A stretch of 56,017 nt of DNA. It comes from Octopus bimaculoides (taxonomy: Eukaryota). Positions 14,287 to 25,260 of this stretch are shown piece by piece; the stretch's first letter is position 1, and each line of letters starts with the position of its first letter. Position numbers and translations under genes: made by a program. Below the pieces are notes generated by a model. That model worked only from the letters and a program-made list of their open reading frames with translations. It made no database searches and had not been told where the DNA came from. Location: assembly GCF_001194135.2 (NCBI RefSeq), contig NC_068987.1, positions 4,276,261 to 4,332,277 of the forward strand, written 5' to 3'.

Positions 14287-14313
14287 CCGAAGAAGAGCTA
14301 TACTCGAAACGTA
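14287..14313 (+). ncRNA. Degenerate hammerhead-like core
   Basis: CCGAAGA-a-gag(ctata)ctc-GAAA-cg-TA with palindromic stem III ACGT. Stem I does not pair. Confidence 0.35.
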
Positions 14314-15032
14314 AAACTTCTACACTTTTCCTTCTCTGACCGTCTCAGTAATAGTTGTGTAAAGCCGGAATAATGTGTGCGTGCGATACATGAATAATCA
14401 CGGATCCACTTTTAGAATCCAAGATAAAAGCGCAATGTTACAACGTTAGCTAGTTATATAAGGCGATTAAAAGAGGAAGCACTGCTGTACAGAGTCAACT
14501 GGAAATTGCTGGGGTGAGCGGAACGGTATCTAAATAGATGTAAGCGTTGCAATGTTTGCGTGACGGAAAGGAGAATAATTTATTAAAAATAAACTCACAC
14601 GAACTGAGTTTTTTTCCGCGAACTCTAAAGGTGAAATATTCGGATGCTGCCCCCATGAACGGAAATTCATTTTGGCAATATAGTCCCCCTAATTTTTGGA
14701 CATGTACACGCGTGTGGGAACGCACAACTGATACGCTTCAACCATGGGTAACCTTAATCCAAGGGAAGTAATTATTCTTTTCCTCCAGGAAAACAAGATT
14801 TCACTGTTTCGTTCCGGTTCTTTTCAGCAACTTCGAGTCAACTAGGATCTATATATCTCTAGTATAATGGAAGCTATGCACTTCCGCTCAGAACCTCCAT
14901 TACGTATTCTTTTATTGTTTATTGCAGCAAATTTGACTCACGTCTGTTTCCAATAATCATTATAAGTTCGTTCACTGATCGGTTAATTCAATCATTAAAA
15001 TCTTGAGTTAAATTGAACGACCTTAAAGAACT

Positions 15033-15073
15033 AATGATACTCAGAGTTTCACGTTACCGATCATCAGACAGTC
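15033..15073 (-). ncRNA. Degenerate hammerhead-like core, same family as the 16.67 kb motif
   Basis: Minus strand actgt-CTGATGA-tcg(gtaa)cgt-GAAA-ctctgag-TA-tcatt. It shares cgtgaaactctgagta with 16686-16701. Stems I and II are damaged. Confidence 0.4.
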
Positions 15074-15332
15074 GTCAATTTTTAGAACAATGTAATGGTT
15101 TATAAGTATACATGATTACAAACGAATTGAGCAAAACATTTACAACTTAATGGGCAGCACACTCGCCCTAAACACCGATTGGCACATACACACTACCATC
15201 TTCAACCTCTCACCCAGCAAGTCAACGAAGAAACGTCTTCACAATCACTAGATTTGCCTAAAAATAACAGTAGAATCTCCCTGAGGTCGTCCACAATCTC
15301 ACAAAAGAGCGTGTCTTTGTGTGTGAGAGATA

Positions 15333-15414
<82 letters not shown>

Positions 15415-16561
15415 TGCAGTAGGCAGCACTCTCCTAAACGGATTCTAACCACTCGTATCTTACGCATCAGTTCAGCTTTGAGGCATGTGTAGTTCACATG
15501 GAAAGGTCGACTGGGTTTTGTTTCGAATTAACACGAGCAACATATCTAATTACTAAACGAGAGCTTTTATCCCACAGTGGAATCCCTCACTTTCTCTCGC
15601 TCTCTCTCCCCTTCTTTCTGTCCCTTACGAAGACATATCAAGCACACACACACGCACACACATACAAGTTCACGCACACACACAAAACTTATCTCCAAGT
15701 TACCTGGTAACATAGCAAAGGGACAGGAAGATAATCGCCTCTTCTTTCTTTCTCACTATCTTTATTTCCCTCCTCCCTCCCTCTCTCTCTCCCCCTCTCT
15801 CCCTCCCTCTTCCCCCTCTCTCTCTCGCACACACACACACCAAACGTACACACCGAGTTATCCCGATGTTAAATGTCTCAAATGAGACTCGAAACAATTT
15901 CATTTTTCCCCTTAAGTAAATCTTAGAGAAAATTAACGCTGATTCCACACAAGGGCCTCCCTCTTTGCGGATGTACGCGTGGGCGCGCGAACATGTATAT
16001 GTGCATTTGCACGTGCATGCGTATGCGTATATGTATATGTGTGTGTGTGTGTGTGTGAAGTGCACGTTGTGCATCAGTGTGCGTGCATGCGGATATATGT
16101 GCGGGAACAATCTGCGCGCGCGCGTATGTGTGTGCGTACGCGCCCACGCATTTGTGAGAGCGTGCGTCTTGAGAGAAATACCGTTTCCCTCTCGAGGCCA
16201 CAACAGTTGGTGGTCGGTTGCCACGTGAGGTCGTTCAGTTCAGTGTTGTAAATACACGGTTAAGAAACGGTTAATANNNNNNNNNNNNNNNNNNNNNNNN
16301 NNNNNNNNNNNNNNNNNNNNNNNNNNNNNNNNNNNNNNNNNNNNNNNNNNNNNNNNNNNNNNNNNNNNNNNNNNNNNNNNNNNNNNNNNNNNNNNNNNNN
16401 NNNNNNNNNNNNNNNNNNNNNNNNNNNNNNNNNNNNNNNNNNNNNNNNNNNNNNNNNNNNNNNNNNNNNNNNNNNNNNNNNNNNNNNNNNNNNNNNNNNN
16501 NNNNNNNNNNNNNNNNNNNNNNNNNNNNNNNNNNNNGTACTCGAATACCAGAAGTAGAGTA

Positions 16562-16739
16562 ATATGCTTTATTTAAAAGCAGCAAAAATATCACAGAAAC
16601 TGTTACTCAGAGTTTCGCGTTTCCGTTCGTTGGAGAATTTTGTTCAGAGTTTTGTTTCTCAACAAAACTCTCCGACGAACGGGAACGTGAAACTCTGAGT
16701 AACAGTTTTTGTAATACTTTGGTGGTTTTTAATAAAGTG

Positions 16740-16742
<3 letters not shown>
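16562..16742. mobile_element. Fold-back palindromic element with hammerhead motifs in both arms (Penelope-like terminal structure?)
   Basis: Arm acagaaactgttactcagagtttcgcgtttccgttcgttggaga is the reverse complement of tctccgacgaacgggaacgtgaaactctgagtaacagtttttgt apart from 4 transitions. Weaker pairing extends outward. Confidence 0.65.
16664..16709 (+). ncRNA. Minimal type I hammerhead-like motif (U4C core variant)
   Basis: aaaactct-CCGACGA-acg(ggaa)cgt-GAAA-ctc(t)gag-TA-acagtttt. All three stems pair, with one mismatch in stem I. A mutated mirror copy lies on the minus strand at about 16595-16640. Confidence 0.55.
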
Positions 16743-16796
<54 letters not shown>

Positions 16797-16999
16797 TTGT
16801 CAAAGTATATATTATATAGATAACAGACGTTTTATTTATTGATGCTTCCGGAATTAATTCACTGTTTAGTGATTGGATGTTTTCTCAACCATTGCGTGAC
16901 AAATTTAGAAATACACTAACAAAGCAGTCGCCGCTGTTGCTGTAGTTGCTATTGGTAACGGTACAGATAGTTGTATTACAGCAGCTGCAGATGTCGAGT

Positions 17000-17180
17000 T
17001 AATGTTGTTGTTGTTGTTGTTGTTATTGCTGTTGTTGGTGGTGGTAGTGGTGGTGGTGGTGGTACTGTTGTTATTGTTGGTGATGGCGGTGGTACTGTTG
17101 TTATTGTTGGTGATGGCGGTGGTGTTATTTGTAGTAGTTTTGTTGGAAATGGCGGTTTTGTTGTTGTTGTTGCTACAGCT
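17000..17180. repeat. Compound (TTG)/(GGT) trinucleotide tract with two copies of a 30-bp unit
   Basis: GGTGGTACTGTTGTTATTGTTGGTGATGGC x2. Confidence 0.9.
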
Positions 17181-17886
17181 GTCGGTGTTGTTGTCTTTCA
17201 CCAGGTCAGTATCCATCTAGTAAAACTGTAATCAAGTTATCACCACCGTGACCATCCCGTCTGTTTTTGCATAGCTACCCACGACTGCATTTCTTCATGT
17301 ATCCTTCCTTCCCTCTCCCGAATCGATGGTGTCGGATTTGAGGGAGATTTCACTACTACATTTAGCCAGTCCATCGTCCAGGTAGATGCCCTTTCTATTT
17401 TTCTCATTGTTGTTGTTTAACCCCAAGGATCTTTTCAGTTTGGTTGCCAATCTTCAATCTCTTCAATTCCTGCTCGAATTGATTTCATATTCAGTGCAAT
17501 GATATAGTTTTATATGCTAATCAATGCTATGAAATTCACTTTCGCAATAAATCAATAAATAAAGAGTTATTAGCTTTTAAAGTTTGAAAATTTTGGGTAA
17601 TTTTAACCAATCGAAAGCCACATACACATTCATGCCTGTTTCCATAGTAACAAGCCAAGCATGAGAACTCTTTTGTCTGCGAGATAGCACGTGTTGACAA
17701 ATGTATTCTACGCTGTGTTCTGCTGCTTGTACCCATCTGCTGCTTGTACCCTGGTCGAGAGATGTGCTAAAAATAACAGTGAAATAGGCCTTAAACCACG
17801 CACCTCTCCCCCCAATTCTTTTGGTTTACATAATCGCGTGAATTCCTGAATTTAGATTACAAATTCGCAAAAACTTTCTGAATTAA

Positions 17887-17973
17887 AATACTCCTCTGAT
17901 ACTTTAATACTCCTCTGATACGTTAATACTCCTCTGATACGTCAATACTCCTCTGATACGTTAATACTCCTCT
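17887..17973. repeat. 19-bp minisatellite, about 4.6 copies
   Basis: Unit AATACTCCTCTGATAC(G/T)T(T/C). Confidence 0.95.
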
Positions 17974-18837
17974 ACAAATTTGTCACCGACTGGAATCTCT
18001 ACAGTTCTTGAAACCCATTTTTGCCGCCCGAGGGAATTGGGGCCACGCAAAATAAATCGCTTCATTGGTTACGAATATTTAAAAGGATGTTTATGAATAT
18101 TCTTCTTTGACTTTTCAATAGTTTCGTTCATTGAACAGCGGCCATGCTGGGGCATTACCAAATCAATACTCATTCGTATTTTTCTTTTCAAGTCTGTTAC
18201 TTATTTTATTGGTCCCTGTAATCGAACTGCTAAGTTACGGTGCTTAAACAAACCAACGCCGGCCTTCAAGCGAAGTGGGACGGAAACAAACACAAACACA
18301 CACACTGATATACATACGGCACGGGAGAAGCTCAATACTGCATCAACGTAAAACATTGGTGCAGCCAGCAAGCAGACAACATTACGTTTCAAAACCTCCA
18401 TTAAAATGTTGTGCAGCGATGTTGTTTCTGAATCGTTACTATCTTTCGTTTCTCTGGAAATTCCAAATCAGTGAAGAAATAAATAGGAACATCAGTTTCC
18501 CAAATCTAGTCATCACCATATGTGTAAGAAATTGTTTTATATAAATCATACAGGGATTGTTAATAGTAATCTTTCAGGACCAGTGAGACCACTAAAAACG
18601 TCGATTTCATTTTACTGATTCAAGGGAGAATAGCCATGTGTAGTGTTAATCAGACAATTTTAAAGAGTAGTTTCCCCTTAAATTGTTGTATCATATGCTG
18701 CTTTAAATAATTGCATTGAACATGTGAGAATGTTTTCCTTACCGCTTCAAAGGCAAAACATACGCCATGATTTCATCCTTTCTTCATTTTAAATCTGAAG
18801 ATTTTCTTTACAAGAAGTAATCGAATGAAAGTTTTAC

Positions 18838-18987
18838 TATTATTATTATTATTGCCTTTGCACAGCTTCTAACGCTGGAGATGTACTACGGTGTCAGCTG
18901 TTCACTACCAGTGAACTAAGGTAACACCCGTTATTATTCGAGCACCTTCCAGAGTATTCGAGCGGTCCCAAGCAGTGCTGTTTTCTG

Positions 18988-18988
<1 letters not shown>
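18838..18988 (-). mobile_element. Second, heavily 5'-truncated R4/Dong-type 3' end with its own (AAT)n tail
   Basis: QKTALLGTARILWKVLE* followed by a different 3' UTR and (AAT)n at 18838-18853. Confidence 0.8.
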
Positions 18989-19030
<42 letters not shown>

Positions 19031-19665
19031 GTTCAGTAGTTTTATTTTTATAACGTGCTTTCACTTCACTACCGAGCGCAGCTCTGTGCGCCTTGGGTAT
19101 GTGCTGTGGTNNNNNNNNNNNNNNNNNNNNNNNNNNNNNNNNNNNNNNNNNNNNNNNNNNNNNNNNNNNNNNNNNNNNNNNNNNNNNNNNNNNNNNNNNN
19201 NNNNNNNNAGTGTTTTGCGTAGGATGTGTGCTGTGCCCAGTAGTGCAATTTTCTGTATGTTATATATATTTGTAAGTCCTGGTGTTTTTGTTATGTATTT
19301 GTCTGAATATTTTTTTATTATACCTAAGGCACCTACTATAATAGGAATTGTTTCTGTTTTTAGATTCCACATTCGAGTTACCTCTATTTCCAGGTCTTTG
19401 TATTTTGAAAGTTTTTCCATTTCTTTTAGAGAGACGTTGTCATCTGCTGGTATTGATACATCAATTAGAAAGCATTTTTTTTCTTCATGATCTTTGACAA
19501 CTATATCTGGTCTATTTGCCTTAATTTCTCTATCTGTGTGTATTGGCATATCCCAGAGTATGGTTGCTTTCTCGTTTTCTGTGACTTTTTCTGGCGTGTG
19601 TTTATACCATCTTTTTTCTGTTGTTATTCCATAGTGTTGGCATAGCTTCCAGTGTATATAGGTCC
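19031..19665 (-). mobile_element. R4/Dong-type LINE 3' part (RLE domain plus 3' UTR), ending in an (AAT)n tail
   Basis: IHWKLCQHYG...ILWDMPIHTDREIKANRPDIVVKDHEEKKCFLIDVSIPADDNVSLKEMEKLSKYKDLEIEVTRMW...IPIIVGALG...IQKIALLGTAHILRK. Tail at 18989-19030. Confidence 0.9.
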
Positions 19666-19959
19666 CTATTATTCAGACACTCCGGTTCGCATTCCTACCA
19701 TATCAATATATAAATTCTTCCGTAAAAACGCCTCGCATCTTTGCAGAACTTCTGTCCTTGGAAGACAGAGGACGGAGCCTATAAATTACAGTCAAATCTT
19801 TCACATGTGATCACTTTGGTGTCTTGAAAATACCAGCCCTTGTTGGAAAATGGATAAAAATAAGGGAATGAAAGAAAAAGAAAAGAAAGAAAAGAAATTA
19901 AAAAGAAAAATAGGAAAGATAACAAGAAAATATCTGATTATAGGAAATATTACGTAGAA

Positions 19960-20306
19960 CTGGAGTAAAAGTCACCAGCATTTTACACACGCAGAGACAC
20001 ACACACATATGCATGTATGTATGTATGTTTGTATGTATGTATGTATGTATGTATGTATGGATGGATGGATGTATTGTACATCTTTTGTTGGTAGGAGTCG
20101 GTGATGTGGTACGCGAGATAGTCCAAGCTGTTGAGCTCATTAGAGTGCTCCACATTTTCTTTGGAATCTGAAACAATGGTCTGCAGACTTGTATACAAAT
20201 TCATCCATGCAACTCAAAAACTATTTCCTCATTGTTCATCATAAACAGACCTCTTGGTTGAGTCAATTATTGCTCGTTCACAGAACCATTTGTAATAGAC
20301 ATCACC
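19960..20306 (-). mobile_element. Helitron PIF1-type helicase remnant (frameshifted)
   Basis: Across frames: WFCERAII...NEEIVFELHG.EFVYKSAD...LNSL...VPHHRLL...PVLRN. This parallels the Helitron helicase 'ERAILAP..NEEI...YKSID...FLNSL...PPHxL..MLLRN' segment. Confidence 0.65.
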
Positions 20307-20399
20307 TTATTTATAATGACTAGCACATACCACTTGTCACGAGGGTAGGGTGTACTATTATTACTATTATCCCCACTTCTCCCCTTTTAAGTTTTTTTC

Positions 20400-21900
20400 T
20401 ATTTCTTTTAATAGCAATACTTTTTATATCACCCCACCTCCCCTTTTTAGTTTTTTTTTTCTTAGTTACACATTTAATATTTTTTTCCATTTGGCATCTA
20501 CTTCCAAGAACTCTATACATTTTCTTTTTCTTACGCTTGTGCGTCTGGGTTCAATCACCTGTGGTGGCATTGTACTTGAAAAGTATCATATAACCATTCC
20601 ATTGGTTCTTCCATTCTCTTGGATTCGCTCTCAACGAACCTTTTTTCCAGTTGGTCCATGTGTCTCTTGTGTACGCCTTTTTTTACTTTTTGCCAAGCAC
20701 AGCATTTTTCTTATGCGTTTGGTAATCAATCCATCTTCCCAACTCTGTTTTCCATTCTTATATGCTCTCACAAATACATTTTCCGCAATCTTGGTGTATT
20801 TTCCATTGCAATTTTTCTTTTCTTGCCCGGTAGCAATTTATCGAAGAGTGGTTTTATTTTCCTCGCAAACATCAGCTCCGTTGGTGACATACCTGCTGGT
20901 ACATTTGAATCTGGTGTCACACGGTATACTCCTAAGAATTGTTATAGAGCTACTTCATCCATGACTTCCTTATTTGACATTCTTATGGCTCTCTTGAATA
21001 TATCGACAAAACGTTCTGCTTGTCCGTTAGATCCGGGATGGTATGGCACCGTAGTTACATGTTCTACAGCAAACGTTTTACAGGGGTTTTTAAATTCAAG
21101 ACACAAATTGTATTCCATTGTCAGACACTATAGCGTCTGAGATGCCAAATCTCGCAAACAACTCATGTAAAAAACTTGTCACAGTTGAGGAATTTAGTTT
21201 TTTAACACTTACAAATTTCTGGCCATTTAGAGAAACTATCAACTACCACTAAGTAGTATGAACCGTTCAAAAGACCAACGAAATCGATGTGTAGTCTCGA
21301 CTACGGAACATTTACTTTTGGCCAGGGTTCACTTTTTATCGTCCGTAACTTTGTTGCTAGGGCACATCCTCTGCAGCCTTTCACCAAATTTTTCATTTCT
21401 GTATCCATATTTGGCCAGTACTCGTAGCTGTGCATTAAAGCTTTCATCCTCAAAATACCAGGATGTCCAACATTAGATTCCCCCAAGATTTCCTTTCATA
21501 GTGTTTCAAGTATCACTACTCTCTGTGCATAAATCAGTTCGCCATCACAAATTGAGTGTAGGTTCATGTCTCGATTTTGTTTCGCACCAATCCTCTTCCT
21601 ATTTACTTTTCCTGACCACAGTGTTCTTTTCACTTCTCTTATGAATTTGTCTTTTACCGCATTTCGCTTCATGTCTTCTCGGCTTACTGGTCTCTTAAAG
21701 TTGCGATTACCATATCTTTGAATGGCTTGCAGTGTTTCGGTATCGGTCTGGACATACCATCCGCATGTCCTCTAGGTTTTTGACGGTAAATATTCCATTT
21801 TGTAGTCATAATTCAATAATGTAGTGTCCCATCGTTGTTTAGTGGGTCACCAATTTAGTGTAAACGGTCAGTAATTTAGAGTGAGTGTTCTGTGATTTAA
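20400..21900 (-). mobile_element. Ty3/Gypsy LTR retrotransposon pol remnant (RNase H end plus integrase)
   Basis: HPGILRMKALMHSY.YWPNMD...CRGC (zinc finger), RLHIDFVG...VVVDSFSKWPE, VSDNGIQF, VPYHPGSNGQAERFVD. Purine-rich PPT-like tracts at about 20370-20450. Confidence 0.9.
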
Positions 21901-22995
21901 TGTATGAAGTGTGTCCCTGAGAGAATCCATTGCAGTCTGCTTTTAATAAGCGTGAATAAAGAATGTTCAGAAGACAATTCATTTAAACATCATTTAAATA
22001 AAACGAGTGCTGGCAAGTAGCAACAATGATTAATCTGCAAGTGTATGCGAATGTACCGCTCATGGTGAAGCAGAGTTGTAGCTGATATCATTCACATGAG
22101 TTGTTGCATTTCAAAGAGATGCTGCTTCTAGGCTCTCAATTCATCAACTAGTTTGAAACTGCTACGTCACTGCTAGGGCAGATCACTGCCGTTTTTTATT
22201 CATACGCATCTATCCCTGATTAGCTGGAGTTCACCAGAGCGCAACTGAACTTCGGTTCCATCACGTCACGATACAGAACATTGTCTTTGTGTTGTACAGA
22301 ATTCTTTTCTTTTTTTTTTCTTTTTTTTTGTCACGTGTCATAATTCTTTCTAATTTTTGCACAAAACTTGAAATTTTAAGGCGAGAGGGCAATCGATTAC
22401 ATCGACCCCAACACTTGACAGGTACTTTAGTTTATCGATCTCGATAGGATGAAATGCAAAGTCGATCTCGTGGGTATGTGAACTCGGAATGTAAAGAGCC
22501 GGAAGAAACGCCGCTACGTACTTTGTCCGACGAACTTCCACACTGTTTCCATTTACAAACTTCACTCTCAAGCTATTGGTCAAGCAATAACAGAAGCCAC
22601 GTGCCCAAGGTGCTGCGCAGTGGGACTGAACCCGAACGCATGCAATAACAAAACGGACTTCTTGACCGCACAGCCATACTTGTGCTTGTAAAGATATACA
22701 TATAGACGAGATGGTTACGGTTGGAATGTCTTTGATCGTTGGCCAACTCAATTAGTATTGATCAATGATTAAGCATTAAACACTAAAACATGAGTCACTA
22801 AGTATCTGAATGTATTTTTATGATTTTTCGTAAACAGAGGAAAAATCGATGTTTCTAGATTGTTAGTTTCGCTACGAAAACACCTTTCTTAATCGTTTGT
22901 CGTCAAAAGATTCTTAAAGGCCATCAAAACAATTGTTCTTCGATCCCATTCGAACCCCCATCCACCGTTAAAAATATTTAACATTCCTTACCTGT

Positions 22996-23010
22996 CCACA
23001 AGGTGGCGGC
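22996..23010 (+). promoter_or_regulatory. CTCF-like motif about 220 bp upstream of the Ly6-B start codon
   Basis: CCACAAGGTGGCGGC versus consensus CCASYAGRKGGC (one mismatch). E-boxes CAGGTG and CACCTG and a near-CRE TGACGTCT follow within 90 bp. This is a motif match only. Confidence 0.35.
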
Positions 23011-23230
23011 AACAGTGAAACAATTATCTCCCTTCATCCAACCGGAAATTCAGGTGTGACGTCTTTGAAAGGTGTGTTTTCACCTGTGCGATTGTAACTG
23101 GAAGTTTTTTATTCGAGTTTCGTAAAGAAACACGTGAAAATTTTACCAAGTAATTAATTCATCCGACTCTTGATTAAAACACAAAGCTAGAAAACGAACC
23201 AAATCATTAATTATTTTACCTTTAATTAAA

Positions 23231-23279
23231 ATGTCGACCAGTTTGAAGTTTTTACTCATCGTACTTCTGATAAACAGAG
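23231..23279 (+). CDS. Ly6-B exon 1 (signal peptide MSTSLKFLLIVLLINR)
   Basis: ATG at 23231 after AAAA, hydrophobic 16-codon stretch, and donor AG|GTGAGT at 23280. The phase-1 end matches the exon 2 acceptor and gives ...INR-AFA-LTCHMC. It is too short for the ORF track. Confidence 0.75.
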
Positions 23280-24310
23280 GTGAGTTATTTATAACCTAGA
23301 TTATACTTTATTTGGTGAAACGTGGGATAACTAATATATTGAAAGTTACTATAACATTATGTGAAGTTATATGATGTATATGGGAATTAATATATGGTAA
23401 ATTTGAACCTCGTCTTCTAACATAAATTTGAATTTAGAAGCGTGTTTATGTGAAAAGGAAGACGAATTCTGACCCCACTTAAACGGAAGACGTCTTTGTG
23501 TGTGTGCGTATATATATATATATATATATATATATAATCAAGAGAGAGAGAGAGAGAGATGAGACTTTATAGCCATCATAAAACTTATCCAGAATGCCTA
23601 TTTGGCATAACTACATAGTTATGCCTATTTTTTACTTATAATTTGTTTGTAAATAAAGTCAATTGGTTGTCAAATCGTTCATTTTCTCCTGTAGTGGAGA
23701 TACAACAAACGGCAAAAATATTTTTAACAGCGTAAAATATTCATTGTCACCTTTTAAAAAATACTTTCATATATCTATTTATTTTGTCGCAGCAAGAACT
23801 TTTCACACTGAAGGAGTATCTTAAAACGAAAGCAAACAAATGTTTTTGAAATGAACCTCAACATGTTTTAGATAACTGTTATTATAATTTCCCTTCCTTT
23901 AAGTAAAAACTGACAAGCTCTGCCTAACATTAAATTACAATGTATACATTAAAAGCGAGTAAATCTTTCCAAAGGTTACTCGTGGTTTAATTCCGTTAAC
24001 TTCGGACATCGGCGTATTATAGTGACCTAGTTGAGCTACTTAGCTGTTTATGAGTTAACTTCTCTGGCTGAGAGAAAGACCAAATTCAAATGCTGCTGTT
24101 TGCTTCACTCATAGGTTCTGTGTCTTTCCGGTTAAGCTTTAGTTTCTGAATCGGAAGATCACGATTGCCAGAGTCGCAGACGTTTCTCGCCAAACATTCG
24201 CAAAAACCAAAAACGAAAAAAATGGCCGTGCATCGAAGTTGTTTATAAAATATTGCAATACGTGGTAGATACCAAAAGTAGAGTTTATTAAGAATACTAA
24301 CCTAACTGGT

Positions 24311-24820
24311 ACAAGCGTGGAAGAAGTTTTCTTCTCAACCACATGTTTGCAAGTTCAATCCCACTGTGTGGCACCTTGAGCAAGTGTTTTCTACTATAGC
24401 CTCAGGTCAATCAGAGCCTTGTGAGTGGATTTGGTGGACGCAAACTGAAGGAAGACCGTCGTAGATATGTGTGTTTGTCCCACCCACTAGCGTAGGGGGT
24501 GGCCAGGGGGGGTTCCGTCCTGGGGGAGCACTTTTAAAGGGGCACCACTTTTGGATCTGCTGTTGGCAATTTGTGTTTTTTGTGGGGTCCAGGGGGCCGC
24601 CCCGGACAGCACATACTCTCACTACGCTAGTGGTCCCACCACCACTTAACAATCAGTGTTGGTGTGTTTACATCCCCGTAACTTAGCAGTTTGGCAAAAG
24701 TGATGATAAAATAAGTACTAGGCTTAAAGGAAAAAATATAAGGACTGGGGTCGATTCGTTCAACTAAAAAAACCTCTTCTAGGCAGTGCTCCAGCATGGT
24801 CATGGTCTAAAGATGAAAGG
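24311..24820 (+). mobile_element. SINE family A interrupted by the hAT MITE
   Basis: The SINE body resumes in register after the TSD at 24640. Confidence 0.8.
24485..24632. mobile_element. hAT-type MITE (148 bp) with 11-bp TIRs and 8-bp TSD, inserted in a SINE
   Basis: TIRs CACTAGCGTAG / CTACGCTAGTG. The flanking direct repeat GTCCCACC lies at 24477-24484 and 24633-24640. Confidence 0.85.
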
Positions 24821-24869
24821 TAACAAAATTAACATCAGTCAATCAACGTCCTGAAAAGAAACCTAATTA

Positions 24870-25260
24870 TGTCTTAGTCTTCATATCTCATGGGTTGTGG
24901 TGAACATCCATCACCTTCTTCTTCCCACTTCATGCCAGATGGCACCTGAGGCTTCCACTCTCTCCCTCTCTTTCTCTCCAGGTTGCCCAGGTGATGACTG
25001 GGATTTGCACCTGGTTCTCTCTTTTCCATCTGCCAGACTGTCCCTCTCTTTTCCAATAGTTCTTCCCTAAATGTTCTTGGGTCTTCTCCACTTCCTCCTT
25101 CCATCCAGAGGCCATACCATCACTGTAATACAGCCTTGGAATCTTATAATGTGGCCAATGTGCTTCCAGCTTCTTCTCCATCCTTCGCTGCTCGTGCTCT
25201 CCATCCCAATTCTCTCAAACACAAGTGTTGGAAAAAATTCTTTGCTGCTAAAGTTCTTCT
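24870..25260 (-). mobile_element. RTE-clade LINE 3' ORF remnant
   Basis: RRSWKHIGHIIR...WPLDGRRKWRRPKNI matches RTE 'W.GH..R...W.P.GKR..GRP..TW'. Confidence 0.65.

Noticed and set aside
14547-14771. 74-aa ORF in non-repetitive sequence
   Set aside because: It starts at a non-ATG codon and has no recognisable motif or supporting splice frame.
16905-17231. Thr/Asn-rich or poly-Val/Leu ORFs resembling a mucin or membrane protein
   Set aside because: These are open on both strands because they are trinucleotide repeats. No convincing splice context was found.
17887-17973. Regular short repeats as a CRISPR-like array
   Set aside because: The units are contiguous with no unique spacers, and the context is eukaryotic. 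It is a minisatellite.
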